DNA from: a virus
Lineage: Duplodnaviria; Caudoviricetes
Direction: 5' to 3' (one strand)
IMG/VR virus record: IMGVR_UViG_3300011102_000453
Span: 1-43,362 of that record
DNA: 43,362 nucleotides
Shown: positions 1-8,546 of the stretch, one piece after another
How positions within the stretch are numbered: position 1 is the stretch's first letter
Layout of the letters: every line of letters starts with the position of its first letter
Made by a program: the position numbers and the translations under genes
Notes under the pieces: generated by a model
What the model was told of the DNA's origin: nothing
The model's input: only the letters and a program-made list of their open reading frames with translations
Database searches by the model: none

Positions 1-123
1 GTCACTTTATAACGGCGTGGCGGAAGTCGTTACACAAACGCCGTTCGGAACGGTCCACCGCCTTTGCGAACTTGAACAACGAGTGCAGGAACTCGAACGG
101 CTTATCAAGACAATGAAGAACCA
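1..123. repeat. Terminal direct repeat, copy 1 (circular assembly overlap)
   Basis: Bases 1-123 are identical to 43240-43362. Confidence 0.97.
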
Positions 124-150
124 AGTCGCAGACCTCAACTACGCCATCCG

Positions 151-354
151 ATGAAACGAAACTGGGACGTTGCCAAACTCGCGACCACGAGCCGGACCGT
201 GTATTACGGCGTTGGGAAGGCCATCACTGTGATTGCGGTCCGCGGTTCCACCGGGGAGCGATTCACTTGTTTAACCTGCCGTAAGACCGATGCGTGTGAA
301 CATGCCGACGCCGTGGCTGACCATGTCGCCACCCACGCGCAGGAGGCGGCATGA
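151..354 (+). CDS. Small Zn-binding (SWIM-like) protein
   Basis: CLTC...CEH motif; ATGA overlap with the junction-spanning ORF upstream and with the next ORF. Confidence 0.65.
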   Translation: MKRNWDVAKLATTSRTVYYGVGKAITVIAVRGSTGERFTCLTCRKTDACEHADAVADHVATHAQEAA

Positions 355-512
355 CAATTCGGCGCGCACTGATTCAATACCCTCGCGAGCAGGTGACCAG
401 ACGCTGGCTTCAAAAAGAAGAGCTGTTACTTGCCACGGTGGGCCTTCGAGTCGTCGGGGGCATCTACCGGAGGACCCACATCACCCTGATTGCCGTGAAG
501 GCGGAGATCTAA
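351..512 (+). CDS. Hypothetical protein (53 aa)
   Basis: Read by hand: GGAGG RBS, ATGA overlap, TAA just before the ATG at 514. Confidence 0.55.
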   Translation: MTIRRALIQYPREQVTRRWLQKEELLLATVGLRVVGGIYRRTHITLIAVKAEI

Positions 513-513
513 G

Positions 514-1281
514 ATGACACGCAATGACAAACCCGAAGACGTGTGGCCCAAGTTAGCGGCTCCGCTCGATCCGAAAGAGATTAGCTGGCGCATTGATAGT
601 CGCCCGGTGGCCCGTGATGGGAAGTTCTTTGCTCGCTTCGTCTGCTATGTCGAAGCGAGCACGGTACGAGAACGACTGGATAGCGTCGTTCCTGGTGATT
701 GGAATCTCGAACTCAGTCTCTTGCCCGAAGCTGCTGACAGCGAGGGTGTCCCTCAGCAAGCCTTTAAGGCGCGACTGAATATCCTTGGGGTAGTCCGTGA
801 GGATGTGGGAGTCGGATCGGACTACAAGCAGGCGGCGACGGATGCCTTTAAACGAGCTGCGGTTCGTTTCGGTATCGGACATGAGTTGTACCAAATGGAA
901 CAGAACTGGGTCGAGGTCGACAGCGATAGCAAGTATGCCAAGCCGGTCGAAGACCCACAGGCTGCCTATAGTCGACGGTATCGGAGTGGTCAGCAGTCCT
1001 CACGCCCTACGTCGTCCCCGCCCTCACCGACTGGTGGCGCGGCTACGGAATCGACGAGCGCCCCTTCCTCGAAGGATTTCGTCTCGTGTCCCAAATGTGG
1101 CGGGAGGATGTGGGACAACCGCAAGACCAAGCGAAACCCCAAAGCGCCTGATTATAAATGTCGCGATCGAAACTGTGACGGGGTGATTTGGCCCAAGATA
1201 CCGCAAGAGGAGATCTTCGATACAGATCTCCTCACCGATGACGACGACGGCTATCTCGATGCGTTGGCGGAGGGCTATTAA
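514..1281 (+). CDS. Rad52/Rad22-family single-strand annealing protein (Sak-like) with C-terminal Zn ribbon
   Basis: LAAPL..EISWR, YVEASTVRERLDSV...W, REDVG, KQAATDAFKRAAVRFGIGHELY motifs; CPKC...C..C tail. Confidence 0.9.
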   Translation: MTRNDKPEDVWPKLAAPLDPKEISWRIDSRPVARDGKFFARFVCYVEASTVRERLDSVVPGDWNLELSLLPEAADSEGVPQQAFKARLNILGVVREDVGVGSDYKQAATDAFKRAAVRFGIGHELYQMEQNWVEVDSDSKYAKPVEDPQAAYSRRYRSGQQSSRPTSSPPSPTGGAATESTSAPSSKDFVSCPKCGGRMWDNRKTKRNPKAPDYKCRDRNCDGVIWPKIPQEEIFDTDLLTDDDDGYLDALAEGY

Positions 1282-1650
1282 GTGGGCGCCCTTCCCAGCT
1301 CATTCATTCCGGATGAAACTGACGAGATCATCCAGCAACTTGATGACGATCTCGATCCGTTCGCTAAGCTAGCCGCGCTCTTCGAACGTGTGGGCGCGGC
1401 TGGCACCATGTGGGAACACTTCCGGAAGATCAAGCTCGCCTCGATCTCTGAACGCATTCGCGAAGAGTATCTCGAACGCGGAGAGAAAATCACCGACGGT
1501 CGCTGTGATACACTCGCGCACTGTCACCCCGAGTATATCGCGTTTGTAAAACGGGGCCTCGCTCAGAAAGAAGTCTATCACGAAAAGTTTAACCGCCGCA
1601 TCGAGCACTACATCTCGCTTCGAGAACTTTCCAATAAGGGTATCCGATAA
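1282..1650 (+). CDS. Hypothetical helical protein, possibly a recombination mediator
   Basis: Abuts the annealing-protein gene; KIT...HPEY pattern recalls UvsY-like helical proteins (inference). Confidence 0.55.
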   Translation: MGALPSSFIPDETDEIIQQLDDDLDPFAKLAALFERVGAAGTMWEHFRKIKLASISERIREEYLERGEKITDGRCDTLAHCHPEYIAFVKRGLAQKEVYHEKFNRRIEHYISLRELSNKGIR

Positions 1651-1853
1651 TGGCCACCACCAACCCCTATGCCCCGCTCATTCGGGAAGCGAAGCTCTAT
1701 CTAGACGCACAGAAGCCCCTTCCCTTCACGCTCGGTCAAGATTTGATCAATGCCCTCAACAATACGCTGACGCTACACGCCCTCACACGGGACCTCAACC
1801 TTCCGGTCTCTGATCCGGCTGTCAGCAGCCTCTACGGAGTTCCCGCCGAATGA
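1650..1853 (+). CDS. Hypothetical protein
   Basis: Overlapping stop/start junctions on both sides. Confidence 0.6.
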   Translation: MATTNPYAPLIREAKLYLDAQKPLPFTLGQDLINALNNTLTLHALTRDLNLPVSDPAVSSLYGVPAE

Positions 1854-2902
1854 GCAGTCGCGGGTATTTCCAACTCCCCCGCGATCAATTCGCGGGGGAC
1901 GACCTGTTGTGGGACGATGGGACGCCATTCGATTCCCGTAGCGCCTGGATTTGGCTATGCCAGTCCGCCGCATGGAAGGATGGGGAGTATCGCAGCGGGA
2001 ACCGCGTTGATTCACTCAAGCGCGGCGAGTTTGTGGCATCCATCCGCTATCTCGCACGTCGATGGCAGTGGGACAAGAACCGAGTCAGTCGTTTTCTTAA
2101 AAAAATGACCGACGCGGGACGTATTACGAGACAGCGCACGGGACAACACGGGATCGTCTATCTCATTGTCAATTACGACGTTAGTGGTTCATGGCACCCG
2201 AGTTACGGGACACACACCGGGACAGACGGTGAGACAATAGTGGGACACGCACGAGGCAGTCGGCGGGACAGCAGTGCGGACAAAGTAGAAGAATATAAAA
2301 AAATAAAAAATATATCTGTCACATCTGGCGATGTGACGGCGCCGTATTCGCCGGAGTTTGAACAACTCTGGGCCGTCTACCCAAAGCGGTCGGGTTCGAA
2401 TAGCAAACGCGCAGCGTATCGCCAATACGTGGCACGATTAAAACAGGGCGTATCGCCCACGGAGATGTACGACGGTGTTGTGCGGTATGCGGCCTACGTG
2501 GAAGCGCGAGGATTAGCGGGGACGGAGCTCGTGAAAATGGCGTCGACGTTTTTGGGGAGGGACGAACATTTTCGCGATCGCTATGAGCTCCCGCCGCCAT
2601 CAGCGACCAGCACCCCGGCTCCGACCCATGTGGAGCGTGCGAGGCAATTGTTTGCGTTGTACAAAGAGCACGGGTTTTCGCGGGTGCAGTCCGTGGACGC
2701 GTATAAAGCAACAGTCCAGCACTTGGCCAACACTGGCGTCATCCGTGAGCCTCGACGGTTCTGGGCGGAGCTGCTGCACGTGAAGCCGTGGACGTGGTTG
2801 AGTAGTATCCGTGCGACCGACACCACCGCTGCAGTGCGTCGCATTGCGGAAGCGATTGCGCAGGTTCCGCCAGTCGTGGAGAAATCGGAGGCGGCGGCAT
2901 GA
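1850..2902 (+). CDS. Phage replication initiator (N-terminal winged HTH)
   Basis: LKRGEFVASIRYLARRWQW..RVSRFLKKM N-terminal domain and FEQLWAVYPKR..SKRAA domain; directly upstream of dnaB; carries internal iterons. Confidence 0.85.
   Translation: MSSRGYFQLPRDQFAGDDLLWDDGTPFDSRSAWIWLCQSAAWKDGEYRSGNRVDSLKRGEFVASIRYLARRWQWDKNRVSRFLKKMTDAGRITRQRTGQHGIVYLIVNYDVSGSWHPSYGTHTGTDGETIVGHARGSRRDSSADKVEEYKKIKNISVTSGDVTAPYSPEFEQLWAVYPKRSGSNSKRAAYRQYVARLKQGVSPTEMYDGVVRYAAYVEARGLAGTELVKMASTFLGRDEHFRDRYELPPPSATSTPAPTHVERARQLFALYKEHGFSRVQSVDAYKATVQHLANTGVIREPRRFWAELLHVKPWTWLSSIRATDTTAAVRRIAEAIAQVPPVVEKSEAAA
2206..2316. other. Putative replication origin (iterons plus AT-rich tract) inside the initiator gene
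   Basis: GGGACA-like hexamers at about 2207, 2219, 2231, 2242, 2265 and 2277 (11-12 bp period), followed by AGAAGAATATAAAAAAATAAAAAATATAT. Confidence 0.7.
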
Positions 2903-4224
2903 CCGACACATTCCTGACCTCCCACGTCGCGGAAGAAGCCGTGTTGAGTGCGATGCTGCTGGATCCCGATGTGATTCCATCGGTTCGACAGACGGTGACG
3001 GCAGAGATGTTTGCCGATCCCAGTCGATCGACGCTATTTCGGATCCTCTGTGAAATGACGGATCAACATACCGCGATCGATCCGCTCACGATCGTGCACA
3101 CCCTGGAGCGGTCCAAACAATTGGATCAGGTCGGAGGCCGTGAGTATCTCGTGTATCTCTCTGACGTGGTCCCAACGGCAGCGAACGTGCGCTATCATGC
3201 CAAAATTGTGCGGGAGAAGGCCCAGAGACGCGCGATTCTCAAGCTCGTTGAAGACGCGGCAGAACTCATTCATGCGGGGCAATTGCTTCCGCAAGAGATC
3301 GCCGCTCGACTGCAACAAGAGTTACTCCCCGTCACGGTTGATCCAACGGAACACGGCTACCGGGAGATTACGCGCCACGAACTCGAACAATTAGCGGACG
3401 AGATCGAAAAACGCGGAGAGGCGATCGCACGCGGCGACTTTCCGGGGCTTCCAACCGGATATTACGACATTGACAGCAAAACACATGGATTCCGTCCCCA
3501 CCATGGAGAACTCGTCATCTTCGGTGCTGGTCCCAAGGTTGGAAAATCGCTGCTCGTTGCCAATATCGCGTTGAATCTCCGTCGCATGAAACGCGTCGGT
3601 GGTCAAGTGAGCGCTGAGATGGCGCGCCAAGAACTCATTGAGCGTATGATTGGAATCGAGGCGCAAATTGAGCTGGGACGTCTGTCGCGTGGAACCCTGA
3701 CGTCCGATGAATGGCAACGGTTCTTCCATGTCGCTCCGATCCTTGAGCATGGGTTCCATATCGATGACCAAGCGTTCCCGCAATTGGACGCGGTCATCGC
3801 GCGGGCGTGTGATCTCAAGAATCGGGTGCCGGAGTTGGAGTATCTCATCTTTGATTACCTCCAGCTCATCACGAACCGGTTGCAGGGACGCCGTGGAGAC
3901 GAAGAGATTAGTGCCACCACAAAAGCATTACGATCGCTCTGTAAAAAGTTGAAAGTGGTCGGGTTCGCGCCGGCGCAGTGCAACTTTAAAGAAATCGATG
4001 CGCGGGAGGATAAACGGCCACAGCTGCGTGACATTCAAGGATCATCAGGCCCTGCGCAGGACGCCAATTTCGTCGGGCTGCTGTACAACCCGTTAGTATA
4101 CGATCCTACCGCCCAACCGATTCTGGAAATCAACTTTGCGGCGTCGAGACGAACACCGCAGTGGGTGGCCTATCTCGAATTGCAGCCGAAGTATCAACGA
4201 CTTGTGAACCGGGGGATGCGATGA
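2899..4224 (+). CDS. dnaB: Replicative DNA helicase, DnaB family
   Basis: AEEAVLSAMLLD N-domain, GLPTGY, Walker A GAGPKVGKS, SAEM, IFDYLQLI, RPQLRDIQGSSGPAQDAN. Confidence 0.93.
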   Translation: MTDTFLTSHVAEEAVLSAMLLDPDVIPSVRQTVTAEMFADPSRSTLFRILCEMTDQHTAIDPLTIVHTLERSKQLDQVGGREYLVYLSDVVPTAANVRYHAKIVREKAQRRAILKLVEDAAELIHAGQLLPQEIAARLQQELLPVTVDPTEHGYREITRHELEQLADEIEKRGEAIARGDFPGLPTGYYDIDSKTHGFRPHHGELVIFGAGPKVGKSLLVANIALNLRRMKRVGGQVSAEMARQELIERMIGIEAQIELGRLSRGTLTSDEWQRFFHVAPILEHGFHIDDQAFPQLDAVIARACDLKNRVPELEYLIFDYLQLITNRLQGRRGDEEISATTKALRSLCKKLKVVGFAPAQCNFKEIDAREDKRPQLRDIQGSSGPAQDANFVGLLYNPLVYDPTAQPILEINFAASRRTPQWVAYLELQPKYQRLVNRGMR

Positions 4225-4538
4225 CAGTCAATGTCCAGCCCCCCTTCCCCTGCTATCGCTGCAAAACGCTACATCAGTGTTTTACGCCTCGACAGCTGTG
4301 TCCGGCCTGTCGTGCCATCAATGGCCGTCGCACCTGCGACCGAGCGCCCTATGATGTTGCGCTCCTCGAAATGATTGCGAAATACGGTGAGGAGAAAGCG
4401 AAGGCCGCAGATTACGTCTGCTGGGGATCGCAAAAAACCGATCCCGAGTTGATTGCGATCAACAAAGAGATGTATAGCCGGATGCGGGAGATCCTTCGAG
4501 AACAAGAGAGTGTACTCCTTGCGGAGGTGGCCGCATGA
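4221..4538 (+). CDS. Zn-finger hypothetical protein
   Basis: CYRC...CPAC; ATGA overlap with dnaB (start trimmed from 4161). Confidence 0.6.
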   Translation: MTVNVQPPFPCYRCKTLHQCFTPRQLCPACRAINGRRTCDRAPYDVALLEMIAKYGEEKAKAADYVCWGSQKTDPELIAINKEMYSRMREILREQESVLLAEVAA

Positions 4539-4921
4539 TGCTCCGGAGAAAAACGCCACTGCGGAGTCGTACTCCGCTTCGGCGTAAAACACACTGGGAA
4601 TATCAACGAAAACCACTCCGGAAACATGGTGTGATCAAACAGCAGCGGATGCAACGATACCGGGCGCATCTCAACTCACGCTATTGGGCTACCCTGCGCG
4701 CGCTCGCTGGACAACGGGACGGACTTGTCTGCCAAGATTGCGGTCGGACGGTGCCGAAACGCGGGTGGCATCTCGCTCACCGCACCTATAAACGCTTTGG
4801 TCACGAATGGCTTTCAGATGTCTACGTCAGCTGTCGTGACTGTAACCTCAAGGAACGCGCGAGCCGTGCGTGGTACTTAGGGGCGCTCTTTTCACCATCA
4901 ACCGGAGGATATTATCAATGA
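4535..4921 (+). CDS. HNH endonuclease
   Basis: RDG..CQDCG...HLAHRTY..FGHE..SD....CRDCN. Confidence 0.8.
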   Translation: MMLRRKTPLRSRTPLRRKTHWEYQRKPLRKHGVIKQQRMQRYRAHLNSRYWATLRALAGQRDGLVCQDCGRTVPKRGWHLAHRTYKRFGHEWLSDVYVSCRDCNLKERASRAWYLGALFSPSTGGYYQ

Positions 4922-5112
4922 TCGGCGGTACACCGATTCCTGCGCGGAAACGTTGCCCGCGATGCAACAAAACGTTGCACCACACCGCGTTTTATCAGCG
5001 AACACTCGCGAGTGGGCGGCGAGCGTTATCGAGTTACTGCAGACGCTGTCAGAAAGCCTATTCCCAAGAGCAATGGGCGGCGAAGACGGCGTTTCTGAAG
5101 AGGAGCGCATAA
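4918..5112 (+). CDS. Small Zn-finger protein
   Basis: KRCPRC...FY....SSYCRRC; GGAGG RBS. Confidence 0.65.
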   Translation: MIGGTPIPARKRCPRCNKTLHHTAFYQRTLASGRRALSSYCRRCQKAYSQEQWAAKTAFLKRSA

Positions 5113-5297
5113 TGGGAGACACGTCATTCACACTCATCGTCCCCTCGACACAAGCGACGGTCCTGCAGCACCTGACTATCCAGAGTTTCACCACACGAAT
5201 TACCGCAAGCACAAAGGGAAGTACGTCCGGCGTCAATGCCATCACCGGATTGAGATGAGCCGGTTCAGCTACCGACATACACAGAGGAGAAGTAAAC

Positions 5298-5543
5298 GTG
5301 CGTAAGAGAAAACCCAACAGCATCCGCGCGATGCGGGAGCTTCGGAAGGAAAACCTGGAATTGCAGGAGCGGCTCCGGTTCGCGCAACACACTACAGACC
5401 GGAAGCTGATTGCGACGGCCAATATCCATGATGAACTCAAGGGCAGGATTCGATCCGCGCGCCTGTTAGGGTATGTCGTCGAGGTGTCCGTCGATGTTGA
5501 AGGATATATGCGATGTGAAGCCGTAAAGCGGGAGGACGCATGA
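5298..5543 (+). CDS. Hypothetical protein
   Basis: GAGGAG RBS, GTG start, overlaps the next gene. Confidence 0.6.
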   Translation: MRKRKPNSIRAMRELRKENLELQERLRFAQHTTDRKLIATANIHDELKGRIRSARLLGYVVEVSVDVEGYMRCEAVKREDA

Positions 5544-5905
5544 GCAACAATCTCTCCTCTCTCTCTGCTGCGCAGCAGGAACAAGTAGGTGCGGCTAAGC
5601 GGAAATTCGCCACCCGCCTCGACGCGTTGCGATCGGTACGAGTTGAATCGCTGATCGCTGATGTGGAGCTTTACGCGACTCGGCTTGAGTCTGAATATGA
5701 GGCGGTAATCTCCTCCCAGGCCGAAGAGATCGACAACCTGATTTCCTATATCCTCCGATCATTACCCACCACCTCGTTGAGGGCAACCGCCGCGACGAGT
5801 GCGGCGGGCTCCTGCGTAGATCCAGCGACCCTCGCAGCGATGAAAGAGAAGGTGATGGCTGATATACGCGCTCTTCCTCCACGGGAGGGGGCCGAAAGAT
5901 GCTAG
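5540..5905 (+). CDS. Hypothetical protein containing a 49-bp copy of acrVA2 DNA
   Basis: GGAGG RBS; coupled junctions; segment TTSLRATAATSAAGSC is encoded by the copied DNA. Confidence 0.65.
   Translation: MSNNLSSLSAAQQEQVGAAKRKFATRLDALRSVRVESLIADVELYATRLESEYEAVISSQAEEIDNLISYILRSLPTTSLRATAATSAAGSCVDPATLAAMKEKVMADIRALPPREGAERC
5766..5814. repeat. 49-bp dispersed direct repeat A, copy 1
   Basis: Matches 9116-9164 at 48 of 49 positions (A5771 vs T9121). Confidence 0.95.
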
Positions 5906-6234
5906 GGGGAATCGCAGGCGAGTTTCGCGCACTGATAGACGAGGGGCCACACGGCGCGTTTGAGCAAACTGTAGAGCGCGTACTCGGTGATCGTGTTCGC
6001 TCGAATATTTGGGTGGCACGAGCGTTGTGGTGCGCACTCGCAAACGTCGATTGGACACATCCGGATCACGGTGAGGTCGGTTATTCGTTCCGCGCCGCTG
6101 GTGATCTCGTGGCCGCCATTCGTAAAGAAGGCGACTACATGGATTGGTATTGCTGCGGACGTGACGGGACCGTCGATGAGATTATCTCCGACGCACTGGA
6201 GCCGGAAGGCTGGACATTCGAGGTGTGCCGATGA
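5899..6234 (+). CDS. Conserved phage protein of unknown function
   Basis: LWCALAN..W...SFRAAGDLVA.IR..GDYMDWYC.G..G.V motif, which I recognise from a widespread phage family. Confidence 0.75.
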   Translation: MLGGIAGEFRALIDEGPHGAFEQTVERVLGDRVRSNIWVARALWCALANVDWTHPDHGEVGYSFRAAGDLVAAIRKEGDYMDWYCCGRDGTVDEIISDALEPEGWTFEVCR

Positions 6235-6304
6235 CCTTCGTCCTCCTGAAAGACTGGGAAGCGAAAGAAAGAATTCTCTGCTATGGCGTTCGGAGGGTAG
6301 AGGC

Positions 6305-6529
6305 ATGACAGAACCGAAGCATCTATCACCGATACGGCACGTCAGGTTCGACGATATGACATGGCCCCTTCCTGCTCCTGATTTAGAATGGCGACTCCGA
6401 TACGGCGCACGCTTCTCTGATGCGGAGAAGATGACACTTGCGTCGATTCTGAGCGCGTATCGCGAGCTGATCGACGCAACGGCGAAGAAGCGGAACTATG
6501 TCATCGGAAAAATCCGGGAGGCTCGCTAA
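6305..6529 (+). CDS. Hypothetical protein
   Basis: GGAGG upstream of ATG 6305; TAATG junction with the next gene. Confidence 0.65.
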   Translation: MTEPKHLSPIRHVRFDDMTWPLPAPDLEWRLRYGARFSDAEKMTLASILSAYRELIDATAKKRNYVIGKIREAR

Positions 6530-6933
6530 TGGGAGAGATACAGATAACAGTTCCCATGCCGCCGAACCTCGCCAATGGGCGCATGCATCACATGGTGAAG
6601 CATCGGGAGAAAAAGAAATACTGGCGGGCGCTCGACGAGAGGCAACAAAGCGGGTTGCTCCCGCCTCCCCCGGTGCAGCCCTACCACCGTGTGCGGATTG
6701 CGTCACACATGGTCCTGCGTGCGTACATGGATGACGACAACGCGTTGGCGCGACACAAGTGGATCTTGGATTGGCTCGTGACGCGCGGGTATCTCGCCGA
6801 CGATAGGAAGCAAAACATTGAATGGGATGCGCTGCCAATTCAAGAAGCGAGTCGAAAACGCATCCCTGAAATCACGCTCACACTCACCCCTTTATTCCCG
6901 ATCTCTGAGGAGGGATCAACTAATGCTGACTAA
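6529..6933 (+). CDS. RusA-like Holliday junction resolvase
   Basis: N-terminal ITVP.PP..N; DDDN...K.ILD.LV..GYLADD catalytic pattern. Confidence 0.75.
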   Translation: MGEIQITVPMPPNLANGRMHHMVKHREKKKYWRALDERQQSGLLPPPPVQPYHRVRIASHMVLRAYMDDDNALARHKWILDWLVTRGYLADDRKQNIEWDALPIQEASRKRIPEITLTLTPLFPISEEGSTNAD

Positions 6934-6965
6934 CGAACAAAGACTCCCCCAATGAGAGATAACAA

Positions 6966-8180
6966 ATGACTAACTTGCATCCTATGATCTTCGGAACTCA
7001 CGACGAAAAAACCCTCGCGCAGCTCAACGATGTCGCTAGCCGCGCCGAACGTGTTGCCCTCATGGCAGACGGGCATTGTGGCTATGTGATGCCGATCGGT
7101 GGTGTCGCCGCCTACGACAATGCCGTATCCGTGGTCGGTGTAGGATTCGACATTGCGTGTGGGAATGCGGCGATTCGCACGAATACCCGCGCCGACCGCT
7201 TCACTCGGGCAGAGTATGAGCAACTAGCCGATGAGATCGCCAACGCGATCAGTTTCGGGGTTGGACGATCTAACGCGGCCGACGACGCGCCTGTCGATCA
7301 TCCGCTCTTCAGCTCCGACGCGTGGTCATTGCTACCAAAACGTGCCAACGTCGAAGGCCTGATGGACAAGGCCAGAAAGCAGCTCGGTACCGTCGGCTCT
7401 GGCAATCATTACGTCGACGTCTTTACGGACGAAGCAGGATACCTCTGGGTGGGGGTTCACTTCGGGAGCCGCGGCCTTGGCCACACGATCGCATCGGGCT
7501 TCCTTGCAGTCGGTCAGGGCGCACAGTGGGGAGAGCGCGTCCCGGAGCGTGAAGTACTCCTAAATCTTGAGAGCGAATTAGGACACGACTACTGGCATCT
7601 GATGCAGATGGCCGGGGAATATGCCTACGCCGGTCGCGAATGGGTGGCGCGCAAGGTGGTATCAATGTTTGGCGGCGAAGAAGTCGAGCTGGTCCACAAC
7701 CACCACAACTTTGCCTGGAAAGAAGTGCACGACGGACGCGAGTATATCGTGGTTCGGAAGGGCGCCACACCCGCGTTCCCAGGCCAGAAAGGCTTTGTCG
7801 GTGGATCGATGGGCGATGACGCAGTGATCCTCGAAGGCTCGAGCGCTGATACCGAGACGCAGCGTGCCGCCCTCTATTCGACGGTCCACGGCGCCGGACG
7901 TGTGATGTCACGCACTGAGGCCCGCGGAAAAACGAAGGGCTGGGGGAAGCGCGCCAAGATCGTCGCACCGGGCAAAGTATCATGGGAGATGGTAAACGAC
8001 TGGCTCGGTCCTCGCGGCGTCATTCTCCGTGGCGGCGGATTGGATGAAGCCCCGCACGCCTATCGTCGATTACCTGACGTGCTCGCAGCACAGGGCGATA
8101 CCGTTCGTGTTCTGCACACACTCACCCCATTGATTGTCGTCATGGCAGGCGAGAACGAGTATGACCCCTACAAAGATTAG
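6966..8180 (+). CDS. rtcB: RtcB RNA ligase (tRNA/RNA repair)
   Basis: MADGH.GY..PIGGV, VGFDIACG, QLGTVGSGNHY, HFGSRG, HNHHN, RKGATPA, GSMG, HGAGR, DEAPHAYR. Confidence 0.96.
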   Translation: MTNLHPMIFGTHDEKTLAQLNDVASRAERVALMADGHCGYVMPIGGVAAYDNAVSVVGVGFDIACGNAAIRTNTRADRFTRAEYEQLADEIANAISFGVGRSNAADDAPVDHPLFSSDAWSLLPKRANVEGLMDKARKQLGTVGSGNHYVDVFTDEAGYLWVGVHFGSRGLGHTIASGFLAVGQGAQWGERVPEREVLLNLESELGHDYWHLMQMAGEYAYAGREWVARKVVSMFGGEEVELVHNHHNFAWKEVHDGREYIVVRKGATPAFPGQKGFVGGSMGDDAVILEGSSADTETQRAALYSTVHGAGRVMSRTEARGKTKGWGKRAKIVAPGKVSWEMVNDWLGPRGVILRGGGLDEAPHAYRRLPDVLAAQGDTVRVLHTLTPLIVVMAGENEYDPYKD

Positions 8181-8212
8181 CACCTCCACCCCAGCCCAGC
8201 GGTAGGATGAGA

Positions 8213-8404
8213 CTATCGTCCCCCTGGAAGCGATGCTCCCAGTGCGGCAAGCACCATCACTGCAGCAAATCCGAGCGCTATCAGGATGAGCGTCGCCGGG
8301 ATGGAGGCGAGCGTGACTTTTACCAATAGCCACATGAGATCAAAGAATGGGATGCGGACGCCTTCGACGATCACACGGGTTTCTCGCGGGTATTCTTTGA
8401 GCAT
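8213..8404 (-). CDS. Small membrane protein
   Basis: VRIPF..L..LLVKVTLASIPA followed by a long hydrophobic stretch. Confidence 0.7.
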   Translation of the reverse strand: MLKEYPRETRVIVEGVRIPFFDLMWLLVKVTLASIPATLILIALGFAAVMVLAALGASLPGGR

Positions 8405-8546
8405 AGGGATGGGTGGCTTTGGTGAGAGGGGAAACGCCGCAAAAATAGCTTCGTCGAATCCTGCTTGCCAGTTGTCACCCCCCCCAGCAATGCCACTTCA
8501 CGAGTCACGAGGGCACTGAGGAGGCCCTGAACGAGGCTCGCGTTGG

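Noticed and set aside
1-123. Physical terminal repeat of the virion DNA
   Set aside because: It falls in the middle of an ORF and has the size of an assembler overlap, so it indicates circularity only.
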